Source of the DNA: Chara braunii
Lineage: Eukaryota; Plantae; Charophyceae
NCBI GenBank assembly: GCA_003427395.1
Contig: BFEA01000006.1
Coordinates: 4,998,983 to 5,062,982, forward strand
Direction of reading: 5' to 3'
Length of the DNA stretch: 64,000 nucleotides
Shown here: positions 1 through 12,630 of the stretch, piece after piece
Position numbering within the stretch: the first letter of the stretch is position 1
Layout: each line of letters starts with the position of its first letter
Program-made: the position numbers and the translations under genes
The notes under the pieces: generated by a model
The model's input: the letters and a program-made list of their open reading frames with translations, nothing else
Told to the model about the DNA's origin: nothing
The model's database searches: none

Positions 1-851
1 CCTGACGAAGAAGCAACTCCAAGTGTCAGTGCAAGTCAGCAGCGTCTGTGATATCGTTCGTCGCTTTCCTGCCGCAACCAGCTAACAGAGAAGTAGCTCC
101 ACGGATGGGTCCGGAGGCAGAAAACTTTGGATCCCTCCTCATTGCCGTCTTACCTACGCTCGGGCAATCCACAAAAACCAGCTCTGTTTCTGCTGCCATT
201 CGTCAATATCGGACGGACTGTGCTCGTGAAATCTAAGAACTGTGCTCGGATTGAGTAATTGAGAGGAGCAAAGTTCGACGTCCACCATTACGTGCACTCT
301 CCAAGGGCACTAAAATGAATTACACCCCAGCCATAGCCGTGGATCTAAGGATTCTGCGCCCACAAGCTGTACGCTTTGCCTGTTTGTAGTGTAGCGGATA
401 GATCCCCTATGGATGATGCAGTGATCAGACACCCGATTTGATTCACGTTAGGGTCCCGAGCTGACTCGTTCTGCTCGCCTGGGGCCTATTCACTGACGCC
501 CTACGCTGCTCATCACTGACCTCGCGCTCCCATCCTCCGGCACTCGGCGTCCTGCAGATTCACAGCCGCCGCTGCTGCTCATGAGTCAGGCCGCCCGCTT
601 TCACCATCCTCCACTCCCCGACAGTCAAGCCGATACGCGAGAGCTAGCAATAAGCCCTGGACCCCACAGGAAAAGTGTTGGAAAAGTGACGAGTTTCGGG
701 TTTCCGTGGAAGGGTTTGCCTGCGGAATGACGGGATCCCACCGGAGTGGCTGGAAAAGCCAGTTTCCACGAGCTTGGAAAGGCTGGTCAATGATTCACGA
801 TTGAGGGTGGGCTATCCCTCCTAGTACGTACCTTAGGGCCTCGTTCGACAC

Positions 852-1175
852 CACTACAAATGTAAGGATCCTTACAAAATCATCGTGTAAGGATCCTTAC
901 AAAATCATGGTTCCACCACTCCCTAATGACAACAAAATGGATCCCTAAACCTGCCCAGACAAAAGGACAGAGGGAGCCTTCGGAGGTGACTAGAAATGTA
1001 AGGGTGGGACCCTACGGATTGCCCAGCAGGTAGAGGTCCTGACACCCGGCCCTCCTCACCTGAAATGTAATGGCGGGTGAGTGAAGGACTTCCTCACAGG
1101 CTGTGAAACGAAAAAAAAAGTTAGGGTAAATTAATCACCCTGGCCCAGTTAGGGCGCCCTTACAATGTAAGAATT
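852..1175 (+). mobile_element. possible CACTA-like terminus with subterminal repeats
   Basis: CACTACAAA at 852-860, followed by the 16-bp palindrome TGTAAGGATCCTTACA twice (861-876, 886-901) and further AAATGTAA/CTTACA motifs to ~1172; no matching far end or TSD found. Confidence 0.25.
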
Positions 1176-1203
1176 CGTAAGTGGTGTGGAACGAGGCCCT
1201 TAG

Positions 1204-1513
1204 AGTTGAGGCTGGCGTAGCAATCTTTAGTACGGATGTCGGGGGTGTCAGGAGATACTGCACCTTACCGCGGGGCTGGAACGGGCTCCAGGGATATACG
1301 AGGGAACGGAGGATCCCCATCTCTCTACCATCAACATCATAGTACACTCTAGTAAAAAGAGAACGTAAGGATAAAGAAACTCAGTCCATAACTCATTACC
1401 TAGGGTTAACTATCCTCCTAGTACCTAGCATAGGGTTGAGGCTGGCATAGCAGTTCCTTAGTACGGGATGTCGGGGGTGTTATGGCCAGAACGGGCTCCA
1501 GGGACATACGAGG
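1204..1513 (+). repeat. imperfect direct repeat pair (~1204-1301 and ~1434-1513)
   Basis: GTTGAGGCTGGCRTAGCA...GATGTCGGGGGTGT...GAACGGGCTCCAGGGAYATACGAGG present twice. Confidence 0.7.
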
Positions 1514-4500
1514 CTTGTAGCATGTTCAAAACTAACTCCTGAAGTCCCCGTGCAATCAGGCTTGCACGGCGTCTGCTTCAACCGGGGCTGGGCAGGGGGT
1601 AGGCATCTCTGCTTAGCCCCGGTACCTGCAACCGTTGTCTGGTCAGGTCACCCCGCAAAGATGGCAATGGGTGATGGTCCTGGGGCGTTAACACTAGGGT
1701 AGGACGGGGGGTGGGGGTGCGCCAGGGCAAAAGATAAGAGGAAGGGTGGGTGGGGTCTTTAGAGGGGTTCATCTGGACAACCGAGTGGGCGAGTATTGTG
1801 GGTGATTGCCATCCGTCTAATATCCCACCTCTACAACAACCTGGGCTTTTTATAATAGAAAAAAAAAAAAGGTTGGAAACTGAAGATGGACCGGATGGTG
1901 ATTGCTGATGTCCGGCCTTGCGCCTTTTCCATTGTCCACCCTTATTGCGACAACAGCATGTCTGTAGCCCTGTGCAGTGGACCAGGGAACGTCGTCAGGC
2001 GGACTATGGATGGACCGGTGGGTTGGCGAGGAGTTTCCAACCATTGACATGCCCCCCCCCCTTTCTCTCTGGAAATGGCACAAAAACACAGCGGAAACTC
2101 CTCCACAACCGATGTGAAAACGAAAAATGTGGTTTTTCCAGATATTGTTTTTCAGGCTGTGGGGTTGAGGAAAATCTCACCGCCGTCCTAAAAACGGCTT
2201 TCTGGAGGGTCTGGTTTATCTGATGGAGTCCGAGATAAGCTTTTCCACGCCGGTTTTTCCCTGTAGGGAGTATGCCTAAGTATAGACCTCGGCTCCGCTC
2301 CAAGCCGCTCGTCGGACTTGAGAGCGCAAAAATATGTATGGCGCTTGTTTATTTCTGTCAATCAATCCTCGACAAAAATTGCACTCGCAATTTTATGCGT
2401 TTCGTTCGCAGCCCCATAGTTCATTGCCTAGGGCAACTTGAAATCATGAGAGGCTCTCTCTGAAGATTTTGGGGCTCGGGGAAGACTCAAGCGAGGGAGC
2501 TCGTGGGCCCAAGAAAGAGGGGGTGAATGGGTTGCAAATTTTCCTTCTGGTTCATTGCATGCATGCAGAAAAACACACGGACACAGAAGGTCCAGAACAC
2601 CCTGCTCCGATGACATACTATTCTTTGGCTTTTGTTAAGGAATATTATGGCTTCAACACACACAAGGGACCTCACCACATCATTCATGAACCAAAATCAA
2701 ATTATACAAGTCATGGAAGAGTGAGGTTTGCCTCGCACTAGCGGACGTGTTTGAACTAGGCGTATAAGTCAGTCGGTAGGTGCAGTGAACACCTTGTTAT
2801 GACCTCAATGAAAAAGACTACGGAAAATAGTAGATCTGCATGACACCTTCTCTGCAAAAGAAATTTTTGACCTTAAGTGCAGTTGGTGTGACAGTAAAGG
2901 GACTAACGCTTAAACCATCTTGCTTACTTTCGATAGGGCAATGAGATGTAGGTGATGTTAGACCTTCGCTTAAACCTTTCCATGTTTGAACCATCCAGTT
3001 GAATCTATGGTGTTAGAGCTAGGTACTTGACTAATTTTCTGATGACATTTCTCTTGAGTTATATGTTGAACTCATCCATATATGCCAAATCTTATTTTAG
3101 TAAGTCAGTTTAATATCTATTTATGTGAGACTATGTGCTTGATGTTAATTTATCTAATGGTTATCTTTTTAAGGAATATTCACATGGGTTATTTATCTAA
3201 GGTACCTATTTGAACTTATCAGTTTGCAATGACTTACGTGAGTTTCTCAAGTCCAATTATTCACTTATATTTATTTGATTAAGTTTATTCGTTTGGATTG
3301 CACTTCAACAAAGGGGTAGAGACATTGCGCAAAAACAACGTCTGATATATATTCAGAGGCGAATGGAGTGACCGATTCCCTGAGATAAGTGTCTTCTCAT
3401 GGAATGATCGATATGTAAGGTCTACCCTAAAGGAGGTTGCAATCCTATGTTATTGTTCCCTTGAAAGATAACTTTGAAGAAGTTATAATTTTGTGTTGTA
3501 AGTACTAGTGAGACCCACGCCGAAACTATGTTCCTGATCCATAGTGGGGTGTTGTTGTCTAATCACCTGTGATAAAATGACTACACTACTACTGAATAGG
3601 TGAAAAATATTTGAGCCTTGTCAAACCATCGCCTATGAGGGAAGTAGCTACTACGTGTCGCAGAGAGGTAGGGATTGAATCCCCAACTATTTTTGTGTTA
3701 AGTGGGTTCACTAGCAAAGGACGAGATAGCATATTCTGAAGCGCGTATGGTGAGGTTGTTAACTTTATCGGTAAGGGTCTGCAAGGAGCAGGTGCTAGAA
3801 TCGGAGGGAGAAGCATTGAGGACTGATCCTTGAGCGGGGCTCGGGGACTTAAGATGCTATCCATTCTAAAAAGGATTACATTGCCCCTCGACATAGTATA
3901 CTTCCGTCAAAGTGAGGAAGTAGAGTGTACTACTATCATTATTATTGTGTCTGGTAATACGTATTATTGACAAAATTTATCTTGATTCTATCATTATAAA
4001 GGATTTGTACATGCTTCTAGTTAATTGATTGACTTGCGGGTATTATGGGTATTATGAACGACAATTACTGAGGTAATATCTTAGTTTTTATTGGTAATTA
4101 TTATTATGAATTTTAACATCGTGAGCGTATTACTATTGCGATGGTCGCAAACACTGGAAATGATAAATTTTGGTAAAAGCTAACTCGTTTATGACTTCAA
4201 GAGTAGGAAGTACAAAAAAAGGTTGTCAGCATAGTAATGAAAGACGTATGCTGAACATTTGTTTGTAATGGGCAGAACCCGGACAGAGCAAAGGCAACTC
4301 ATGATGTCTTTTGCTAAGGAAGATCCAAGTATAACCTCGCTAGTTAAGAAAATGGATGAACTCGAGATATCTTTGTTGAGACGAGTCAAAGAAAGAAAAT
4401 ATATCTTTTTTTGGTGGGGCATATTGGTAGATACGAGTATCTTCCCCTGGATCGAGTCAAGATTTGATGATGGTCATGACTATGCGATCATGAGGGTAAG

Positions 4501-4833
4501 GGTAGCTAAAGTTTAAGATCTTGTTGTGTGAACAAGGCGAGTGTTAGTATGATTTGAGTGTTAGCAATATGATTTTGCCCTTATCTGATTTAAGCTTTCT
4601 TGAACTATAATCTGATGATTCATTGTTTGTCATGCGTGTCAGACTGACATCGACATCATGGCATGAGAAAGTGGTTTCGCCAAGATCTTGCTTTGGAGGA
4701 GCTCATGCCTCACGAAAGTGTTGTTGTGCGAGTCGATGCATGCCTCGATGATCCAAATTTCCAAACCCTGTTGATTTAAGGGAGAGACCTGTATTACTTC
4801 TTATGCGGCTACCTTAACTTTAACCTCGCAAAT

Positions 4834-4990
4834 ATGTGGGACGGGAGAGTCATGTCGAGTATGCTACCGTTATTCATTTGTGCGAACCTAAGTGAGGAAG
4901 TAAACACTTTTGTGTTGAAATTACGGACGTGGAGTAAACTCAAGACCTTAATGAGGGAAAGGTTTTCGAAAGAGGACGATGTCATTCAAC
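4834..4990 (+). pseudogene. possible retrotransposon gag relic
   Basis: TWSKLKTLMRERFS resembles the W..LK..M..RF gag motif; short and isolated. Confidence 0.25.
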
Positions 4991-5223
4991 ATCGAGAAAT
5001 TTGTCGAACTCTGCCAAGAGGATATCCGTTATTACACCAAGATCAACACCGGGGGCCGTTTGACGGGGGTTCATGCTGTGAGGGTCGCAGCGGGCCCAAC
5101 ATCCCCTTCCCCTGGTTATCGCAGCGGTAGGCTCGGCCCGACGGTCGAGTATAGGTCGCACATTTTCGTGCACTTTTTTCTTTTGTGGCTGGTTGTTTCG
5201 GTTGGTGAACGGACACTCACTCT

Positions 5224-5622
5224 TTAGTGGGTTTTAGGATTCGACTGACTACCCGTGATCAGACAGCGCCTGTGGTAAGTGGCGAGGACAATGGGCGCGG
5301 TTAGCATAGCGGGTAAGGAAGGGTGACGGTGCGAAAGGCGATCCCAAGAAAGAGGTGGGGTACTCAGGCTCAGCAGAGTAAGCAAGGTGTGGACTGCGGC
5401 GGGGCCGACAGAAATGTTGGACAACAGAACATCGGGCGGACTTAGGCACAGGGGCAAAACACTAATCGAACTATCAGGTAGTTGGTTCCCTTGGAGGTCC
5501 CGAGGCGTTGGATAGTCGAATTCGACCGCTATTACAGGCCGCACCAACACAATAGCCAGCGTGACGAACGTAGTGAGGAACCCGTGAGTGAACCCGGACG
5601 AAAATTTGCGACGGGTGCACAC
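5224..5622 (-). CDS. hypothetical 132-aa ORF with N-terminal hydrophobic signal-like stretch
   Basis: FLTTFVTLAIVLVRPVIA-VEF; GTG start; no family recognised. Confidence 0.15.
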   Translation of the reverse strand: MCTRRKFSSGFTHGFLTTFVTLAIVLVRPVIAVEFDYPTPRDLQGNQLPDSSISVLPLCLSPPDVLLSNISVGPAAVHTLLTLLSLSTPPLSWDRLSHRHPSLPAMLTAPIVLATYHRRCLITGSQSNPKTH

Positions 5623-8600
5623 TCAATGTCGAGGGAAAGAACAACTATGGCAGAGAGATAAAAATCGATAATCCCACCCGTTGCTCAATAAAAACGGGCG
5701 GGGAAAAAACTGATCCTGGGTTTTTTGGCTAAGGCGAATTCAATCGTTCTATTAGATTTAGTAGTAAGTTAGTGGTTCGGTTAGGATAGGTGTTAGAGGG
5801 TGTGTGAATGCAACAGGGGTGATGGAGATGGCTTAGAAAAGGAGGGAAGGAGTGATATACCGCTCGATACTTAGCAGAATCGGGCGAGGAAATACGCAAA
5901 TCGGGGGTTTCCGGGGTGGACGACCTCGATTCTGAAGGTAGAACTGACGAAAAGTAAGTAGAATGAGGGTTAATATGGGAATGACGTGCGTAAAGATAGA
6001 GTGATGGCGGAGAGCAAAGTGGAAAGGAAATAAAAGTTGTTGAAGCCTATAGTTGTGCTACTGTTTTTGTATTTGAGAGTACAAAACAAGGGTTTTCGTG
6101 TCAGCCGACTAAAAATCTAACGTTAAAATAGAGAAAAAGTTAGTAGGTGGGAAGCTTGACGAGAAAGGCATTGCGCGAAGACTGCGTGGAAAGGAGGGTG
6201 GAAAAACAATAACGTATCCGCCCTTAATCTGACGGAAGTTTTATTCCAATCTTGCTTGTCCTATCGAGGGAGATAGGTAGCCCTCCTCTATCTCGTTATA
6301 TGAGGGGGTTGGAAGGCTGTGCACATTTTCACACTCCAGCGATAGATCTGTTCGGATCTTGATCAGGCTATGATGGAAGTAAAACAAGTTTGGTTGCGGA
6401 ATTGAAGACTTACCTGTTGGCGAGTGCGTTGCTTATCAGGATGAATGAGAGCAAGGGATTCTTGTCAGGTTTGCTCATCCTAAGAAGTAACTGCTCTACA
6501 TTTCTCTGAACGAGCGGCTGGGAGGTCAGTGTATATTTCCATGGTTTTACGAAAGATTCCTTCCTATCTTGCGCATTGAAGGGCTGCTCAGTGGGTGCAT
6601 ACGGGGAACTATTAAATTGTTGGCGAGAGTTCGAATCGAGTAGCGGCCGTCATAGAACGTTCCCAAGAAGCTGGTCACTCTATCCACTCCCGAATCGGCA
6701 TCGGACGTAGGTTTTGTGTAACATCTTTACCCCTTCTTAAAAAATCAAACTAAACATTTGAATTCAAAATAAAATAGATATGAATGAAAAATTAAAATTG
6801 ACCAACTTATATAAATACATTAAGAGGGATTGTATTAAATTAATAAAATCAGATAAATAACTCGTGCAACTAGTCATAAACGAATAAGCCTCATATAGAT
6901 AACTTCAAACACATAACCTTACATGAGTTATTATTAAATATACTTAATTAAATAAATTTAACACAAATAGATGAATTTAATAGATAAGCTAAAAAGGATA
7001 GCCTAAAAACGATAAAGAGCAATTAAATGAAGTGCGAGAATCTTTTGGTAAGAGAAAAATCTTTCTTCCCAATCTAAGTTAAATGAAGTGCAGGTAGCTT
7101 AGCGGGTTGTGTTCATGTATCAAATCGGGTGACCGAACACACACAACTGCTTCAATGTAAACGACGATCAATCTAATACATTAGATATGCATAGCATCGT
7201 CCGAATTACTATATGGTATCTCGATCCACAAATTTCTAACTGTAGTTATCACTACTAGGTGCCAAAGTATACAAATGAACTTACCATGCACCGCCACTCA
7301 ATCGTGCAATCCCATTTCAACCATCTACTTACTGCTCATCACTCATCTCCCTAATTTAATTATAATAAATTATCGTTTTGTTTGGATCATCGGTCTGTTT
7401 CGAGCCTGGGTTCACTCACTCCGGACCCCTATAGGCAGCCAAGATTTTCGACAACGCCGCCCTCTATCGAACGCATCGATCCGGCAAGGGGACCCTCGCA
7501 ACCGCGTCACGTGGGATTTTGTCTGACTTAGTCGCAGAGCGGTAAATGGTCGAGTGCGTCAACGATACCTCTCTCGAACGATAGGGTCACGCGAGATACA
7601 ACTTACCTCTACCCATGAAAGTTGTCACCATCCCTTCAGTGGGCGTATCCCCGTCGAGCTATCGGATCACATACAGAAATTTTTCGTATGCAATCACAAA
7701 GGTGGCCCGATCAAGGGTGTTTCTCGCATGATGTAGCATAGGGGGTACGTGAGGTTAACGCCAAATCGAACCCGTGTGCGAATCGTCGACAGAGGCGTTA
7801 ATTTCCTGAACGCGATCTTACACCTGTCAATTAGGACGACCGATCTAACCATACAATACATTTCAGAAGACAAAATCAAACTTCATACGTACATCGCGCC
7901 TAGTCCCTTGTTCACTTTCAACCCATAAGCCTTCAATGACAATATATATGGGGCTGCGTGCGAGACTATTTCAATACATAGGGTGGTGACGTATGACAAA
8001 GTTGCTGTTGAAAATTGTGCAAGGAGGCATATGCAAAAACAATGTGACCAGACTAACTCACGCGATTCGAGAACAACTTTGCATTGCATTGACAATGAGT
8101 GAAAGTTGCATAATGTCAATTGTTTAAAATTGAAAAACAAATATGCATTGGATTGACAATGCGTAAAAGTTGCATAACGTCTATTGTTTAACTTTTGCAA
8201 AAGAGTATTAAATCGATAACGTCTCTCCCTATACGAGAAGGTGGGATTAATATCTTATTGGACGCCTGACGGTTGGTTGCTTTCAAATCAAAACATCTAA
8301 ATCTATATAGAATGGAAATTAAATTTTGTTGAGGTTCATAATTAAACAACCATCGATGTTTGATAATTGACTTCTAAATGAAAAACCATTTCATTTACAT
8401 CTTATATTTCGTTTATATAATTGGCAATGTTCTCATCAAGTTAGATTGCCAGTGCTTGGAGCACATTAACACTTTCCTCATTCAAGCGATACTCGCAATA
8501 TATTACCATCCCTTCTTGAGTCATTTTCCAAAAGATAATTAAAAATAAATAAATTTGAATAGCAAAACTGAGACCATCAGTCTGAAATTTTAAGCACTGT

Positions 8601-9659
8601 CATGATATTTTCACCCGAGAAAAACACTTTCACTGTTCCTCCTCAATATTTTGATGAAAGGATGACAACAATCTATCTGTCGTATAAGTGAATGTCCCAG
8701 AAGGATATGACCATTATCTGATGCGCTGATGCATGTTTTACTCGTGGTTTCACCCCTTCGCCATGATGAAAGCCTGAAATAAAAAAACACCCTCATCCTC
8801 TTTGAGACTTGTTATTGCAATACCTAGCTCTAGAGTGGAAAACGTTCTTCAACATCGACCCCAAGTAGAGTAGAAATACTGAAAGCAGTTCCAAACATCT
8901 TGTTTTCCCACAAACATAACATATACGCGTTGTAAACGAAAACACCACACAAGTTATTTTCTATTCAAAACATGCCTGTGCTTTTAATACAACGCATGCA
9001 TTCTATTCAAATTTTCATTTTTTTTTTTAAAACTCGAGTACAACGCATATGCATGATGTTCAAAGGAGAAATACGGTAGTGCCAAGGCCAAATGCACAAG
9101 TAGCTTACAAGCTTAAGTTCAACAACCACAAAGTTAATTTATTAGCTCGGACGATACCTAGCACCCTGGGATATTAGTCTTGTAATATGTACATCAACAA
9201 TGTTTTTCAAACTTTTTCTTTTTTCCAGTATTCACTTGCTCATGTTATTCATTGTGAAAATACAATCCTGCAATATCATTCTTTGTGAATTCAAATTAAC
9301 CAGGGGTCTGACTGAAGGAAAAGAGGTGGGTCAAAAACTTTCAACATCAAATGCTCGTTTGGGTTCATTGTGAATGCACATACAATTTTAACATTTTCAT
9401 CACAATAGTGGTGCATCAACACAATGCAACTCGTATATGCGTAATCAACAGCAACCAGTATAGATAGTCTTAGCAAGTTTGTCTCAATAGCCAATGCTAT
9501 AACACAATGCAACTGGTCTATGCGTAAACAACATGCAGTAAGTTGTTGGTGTATGCATAGACAACAACAACCTATATAGAACAACATGCATTTGAATATG
9601 ATGAAATTAAAGCACCAGTACCCCGCCCAACTAAAGTTTTTGCTCTTCCCGAATTCATG

Positions 9660-9741
9660 GACGACTTGGGCAATGTCAAAAAAGGTTGGCTAGAGGCTCC
9701 GACGACTTGGGCAATGTCAATAAAGGTTGGGTAGAGCCTCC
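9660..9741 (+). repeat. tandem 41-bp duplication
   Basis: GACGACTTGGGCAATGTCAAWAAAGGTTGGSTAGAGSCTCC x2. Confidence 0.85.
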
Positions 9742-10203
9742 ACAGAGGTGCGGAGGTCTTTCGTTTTGAAAACGAGAACGTATGACCAATGAACAATATC
9801 ACAATTTCTCAACACAAAATAAAACAGAAAAGTAAAAAACAAAAAAAAGATCTATCCTTTGTGCGTGTAGCATCCCATTTGAATCGAGAATAGAAAAAAG
9901 TTGTACCTCGTGTTTGAAACAAGAATGGATCTTCCTCTAAAATGTTGATACATATAGTGAAGACTCAATGGCCTTGGGTTGGGACGACAGTCATAAATCG
10001 AGAAAGAGATTCAAAAAGAAGAAAAAAGCGAAAAAGCCACTCACATCATTTTTTTCTTTAGTGCACGTACCTTTACTCTGGCAAGGTGGGCTTCCCGGAT
10101 TCTTTGCTCAGGGCCAACTTGTGCACTCACTTTGGCTCATCAAACACTTGTGTGCATTCAGCGCGGAGCTGCTTTCAAAGTGATGGTGGAGGAAGGCCTG
10201 ACT

Positions 10204-10540
10204 GGGGGCATACTCACACTACCACTGACCAGAATGTATCTGACCACAATCATCGTCAAATCTTTTTATTATTATTTTTTTTAATGGCCTAGCCAGCTAG
10301 GTAGTGCGCATTCCACGTTCATAGGAAAAACCCTCACTGAGGGCATACTCACACTAAAACTGTCCAGAATGTATCTGACTGCAATCAGGGCCAATTTTTT
10401 ATTTTTTATTTATTTTTTTTTCTCTAGTGTCTAGCCAGCTAGGTAGAGCACATTCCACGTTCACAAGAAAGACCCTAACTGAGGGCATATTCACACTAGT
10501 ACTTTCCCAGCATGTATCTGATAGCTATCACGGCCAAATA
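10204..10540 (+). repeat. diverged ~138-bp tandem repeat (3 units), further partial copies at ~11283 and ~11453
   Basis: GGGCATAYTCACACTA...CCAGMATGTATCTGA repeated at ~10206, ~10341, ~10483. Confidence 0.75.
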
Positions 10541-12072
10541 TTTGTTTCCTTTTTTCTTTCCTTTCGTTTCTTTCCTCCTATTACACGTGCTCGGGAATTC
10601 CCTGACTCAGGACATAAAAAGAGAGAAAAAGAAAGAAAAGAAAAGAAGAAGGGAAGGGGCAAAAAAAAAAACACTCGACATACCGGTCACCCAATGTCAA
10701 AGGACTGGTCGCCTGCAGTATCACTGTTTTTCACCAGCTGCCTCCTACCGAAACAAAGAGCTTACCGAAAAGAAAAAGGCCCAGAGGAGTGCTTCATAAG
10801 GTACTGATGGTTTAAACGTCCTGAGGACAATATGATGAAATAGTTCATTCATTTTTTCACTCTTCGCATTTTTGTCGCCATAGCCGATGTAACAACACAA
10901 CGCAACTAACTGCAGTCTGAGGAGCCCAGTCAGACCGCTGGATGACCCCGCAACAGAAAGAAAAGGGAACATTTTCTTAAACCACCAGTACTTGGCCCAG
11001 CTATCGGCCGCGGGCTTGCCCGGTAACGCGCCAGGCTGGGCGGTGGGTCGTGCAGTGAACGCCCGGTCACCCTGAAAAAAGGTGAACAAACAAACAAAAA
11101 AAACAAACCCCACAATAGCTGTCTCAGAGGCCATGGAAAGTATGGCAGAGTGAGAAATGAATCACTCTTCTGAAAGCGGTGACATACATGATTTGTTGTT
11201 TTCTTTTCTGTCTTTCTTCTTCTCATGTTGTTTTCGTCCCCTACCAGCGAGGCAGGGCATGTTCCGTCGTGATATGCTCTAATGGGCATACTCACACAGA
11301 GACATTGAGGAAAATATTAGGGCCACAGTTTCTTTTTTTTTGTCTTCTTTTATATTGTAGATTCTGACAACAAGTAGACATTTCTTTTCCTTTTTTTTTT
11401 TGTGCTCTATAAATTCTGACAACCATGGCACGGGGCTGATATGCCCTTACGAGGGGCATACTCACACTACAACTTGGGAGAATGTATACAACTGTGTTCA
11501 CGACCACAGGGCAGTTTCTGTTTTTTTTCTTTTTCCCTTTTTTTTTATTGTGCTGCTGGTTCTTCCGGGGTGGGGCTCTCCTACTACTGGTAGGGACAGC
11601 ATCGGCCGTCTCAGCATACCGGTCACCCGAGGGTCGGTCTGCAGAGCTGCATAGTAGGGGCTCAATGACCCCCTACCACACCCCTCATGACTGCATGATA
11701 CCAATCTGGCCCAGCAAATGAATCCATTTCTTCTCCAAGAAAGCCCCGATCATAAGGTGTGAACCCCACTGTGATCGTAAGGTGTGAACCGTGTAGAGTC
11801 TGGCACACTGTGATCATAAGGTGAGAACCCCACCACTGACTTCCACAACGGCCTTTTTTTTCTTTTCTGAACCTGGTGCGAACTGTGGAACTCTACCAAG
11901 CACAGGGGTTACGCTAAGAAACGTTGCACCTCCTGGATGCACTTGCAAACCCATGCGCTAGGCGGCTAGCGCATCATGGGACCCTGCCTGGGACCAACTG
12001 GCAGGGCCCAGTCTGCTCCCCTTGCAACACGGCGGGGGCTACCTCTGACGTGGCCTCAACCCTGATCCGTGC

Positions 12073-12630
12073 GTGTGCCGCATCGCAGTTGACGTATGTG
12101 CCGGTGTGATGGGCGCGCGAGAAGCGGCGAGGGGATCTGTTGAAGGGTTGGGCCTGGTGATGGCGATCGGGCAGGAAATAGAGGTGCTGGGCATTCCTCC
12201 TGCCGTGCAGTGTCCTACGGACCAAGCCATATTGGCGGTTGCGCTACTGAAGGAGGAGAGTACAGCAATTGCGACAATGTCTTTGTACAAACAGCAGCTG
12301 GAGGAAGTGTGGACGCTGCCGATTCAAAAGCGGAACAACATACCGCTTGAATTCTTGACGGAAGGAAGGGAGACTTTTGAGGGATGGGAGAAAGAACTAT
12401 ATGCCATCGTCTCCCTTCAACAGCTTGATGACACTGACAGAGCACAGGTGGAGGCCGGCCTACACCAGTGTGCCAGACTGCTCCAGGATGTGAGACGAAT
12501 GCTTGTGGAGCTTCGTGCGGCAGCAGAGAGCTGTTCACCTGGCAAGCAGGTTCCTGCTACCGTGCCTACAGTGGTCTCTCCTTTGCATGAACAATGCGAT
12601 GATGCTGGGCTGTATCTGGATATTCTGTGA
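12073..12630 (+). CDS. hypothetical 185-aa helical/coiled-coil-like ORF
   Basis: Longest ORF in the first 14 kb; E/L/Q/A-rich protein-like composition; no family recognised. Confidence 0.25.
   Translation: MCRIAVDVCAGVMGAREAARGSVEGLGLVMAIGQEIEVLGIPPAVQCPTDQAILAVALLKEESTAIATMSLYKQQLEEVWTLPIQKRNNIPLEFLTEGRETFEGWEKELYAIVSLQQLDDTDRAQVEAGLHQCARLLQDVRRMLVELRAAAESCSPGKQVPATVPTVVSPLHEQCDDAGLYLDIL

Larger units (their letters stand above)
3050..7000. repeat. diverged long inverted repeat: arms ~3050-3375 and ~6675-7000
   Basis: Reverse complement of 6675-7000 aligns colinearly by eye with 3050-3375 (e.g. AAGGGGTAGAGACATTGCGCAAAAACAACGTCTGAT..GAGTGACC vs AAGGGGTAAAGATGTTACACAAAACCTACGTCCGAT..GAGTGACC). 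Confidence 0.6.

Noticed and set aside
662-2268. Possible element with CCCYACAGG termini
   Set aside because: Only short imperfect inverted similarity and no TSD.
10204-11835. CRISPR-like repeats
   Set aside because: Repeats are degenerate, intervening sequences are related to each other and irregular, there are no cas genes, and the context is eukaryotic.
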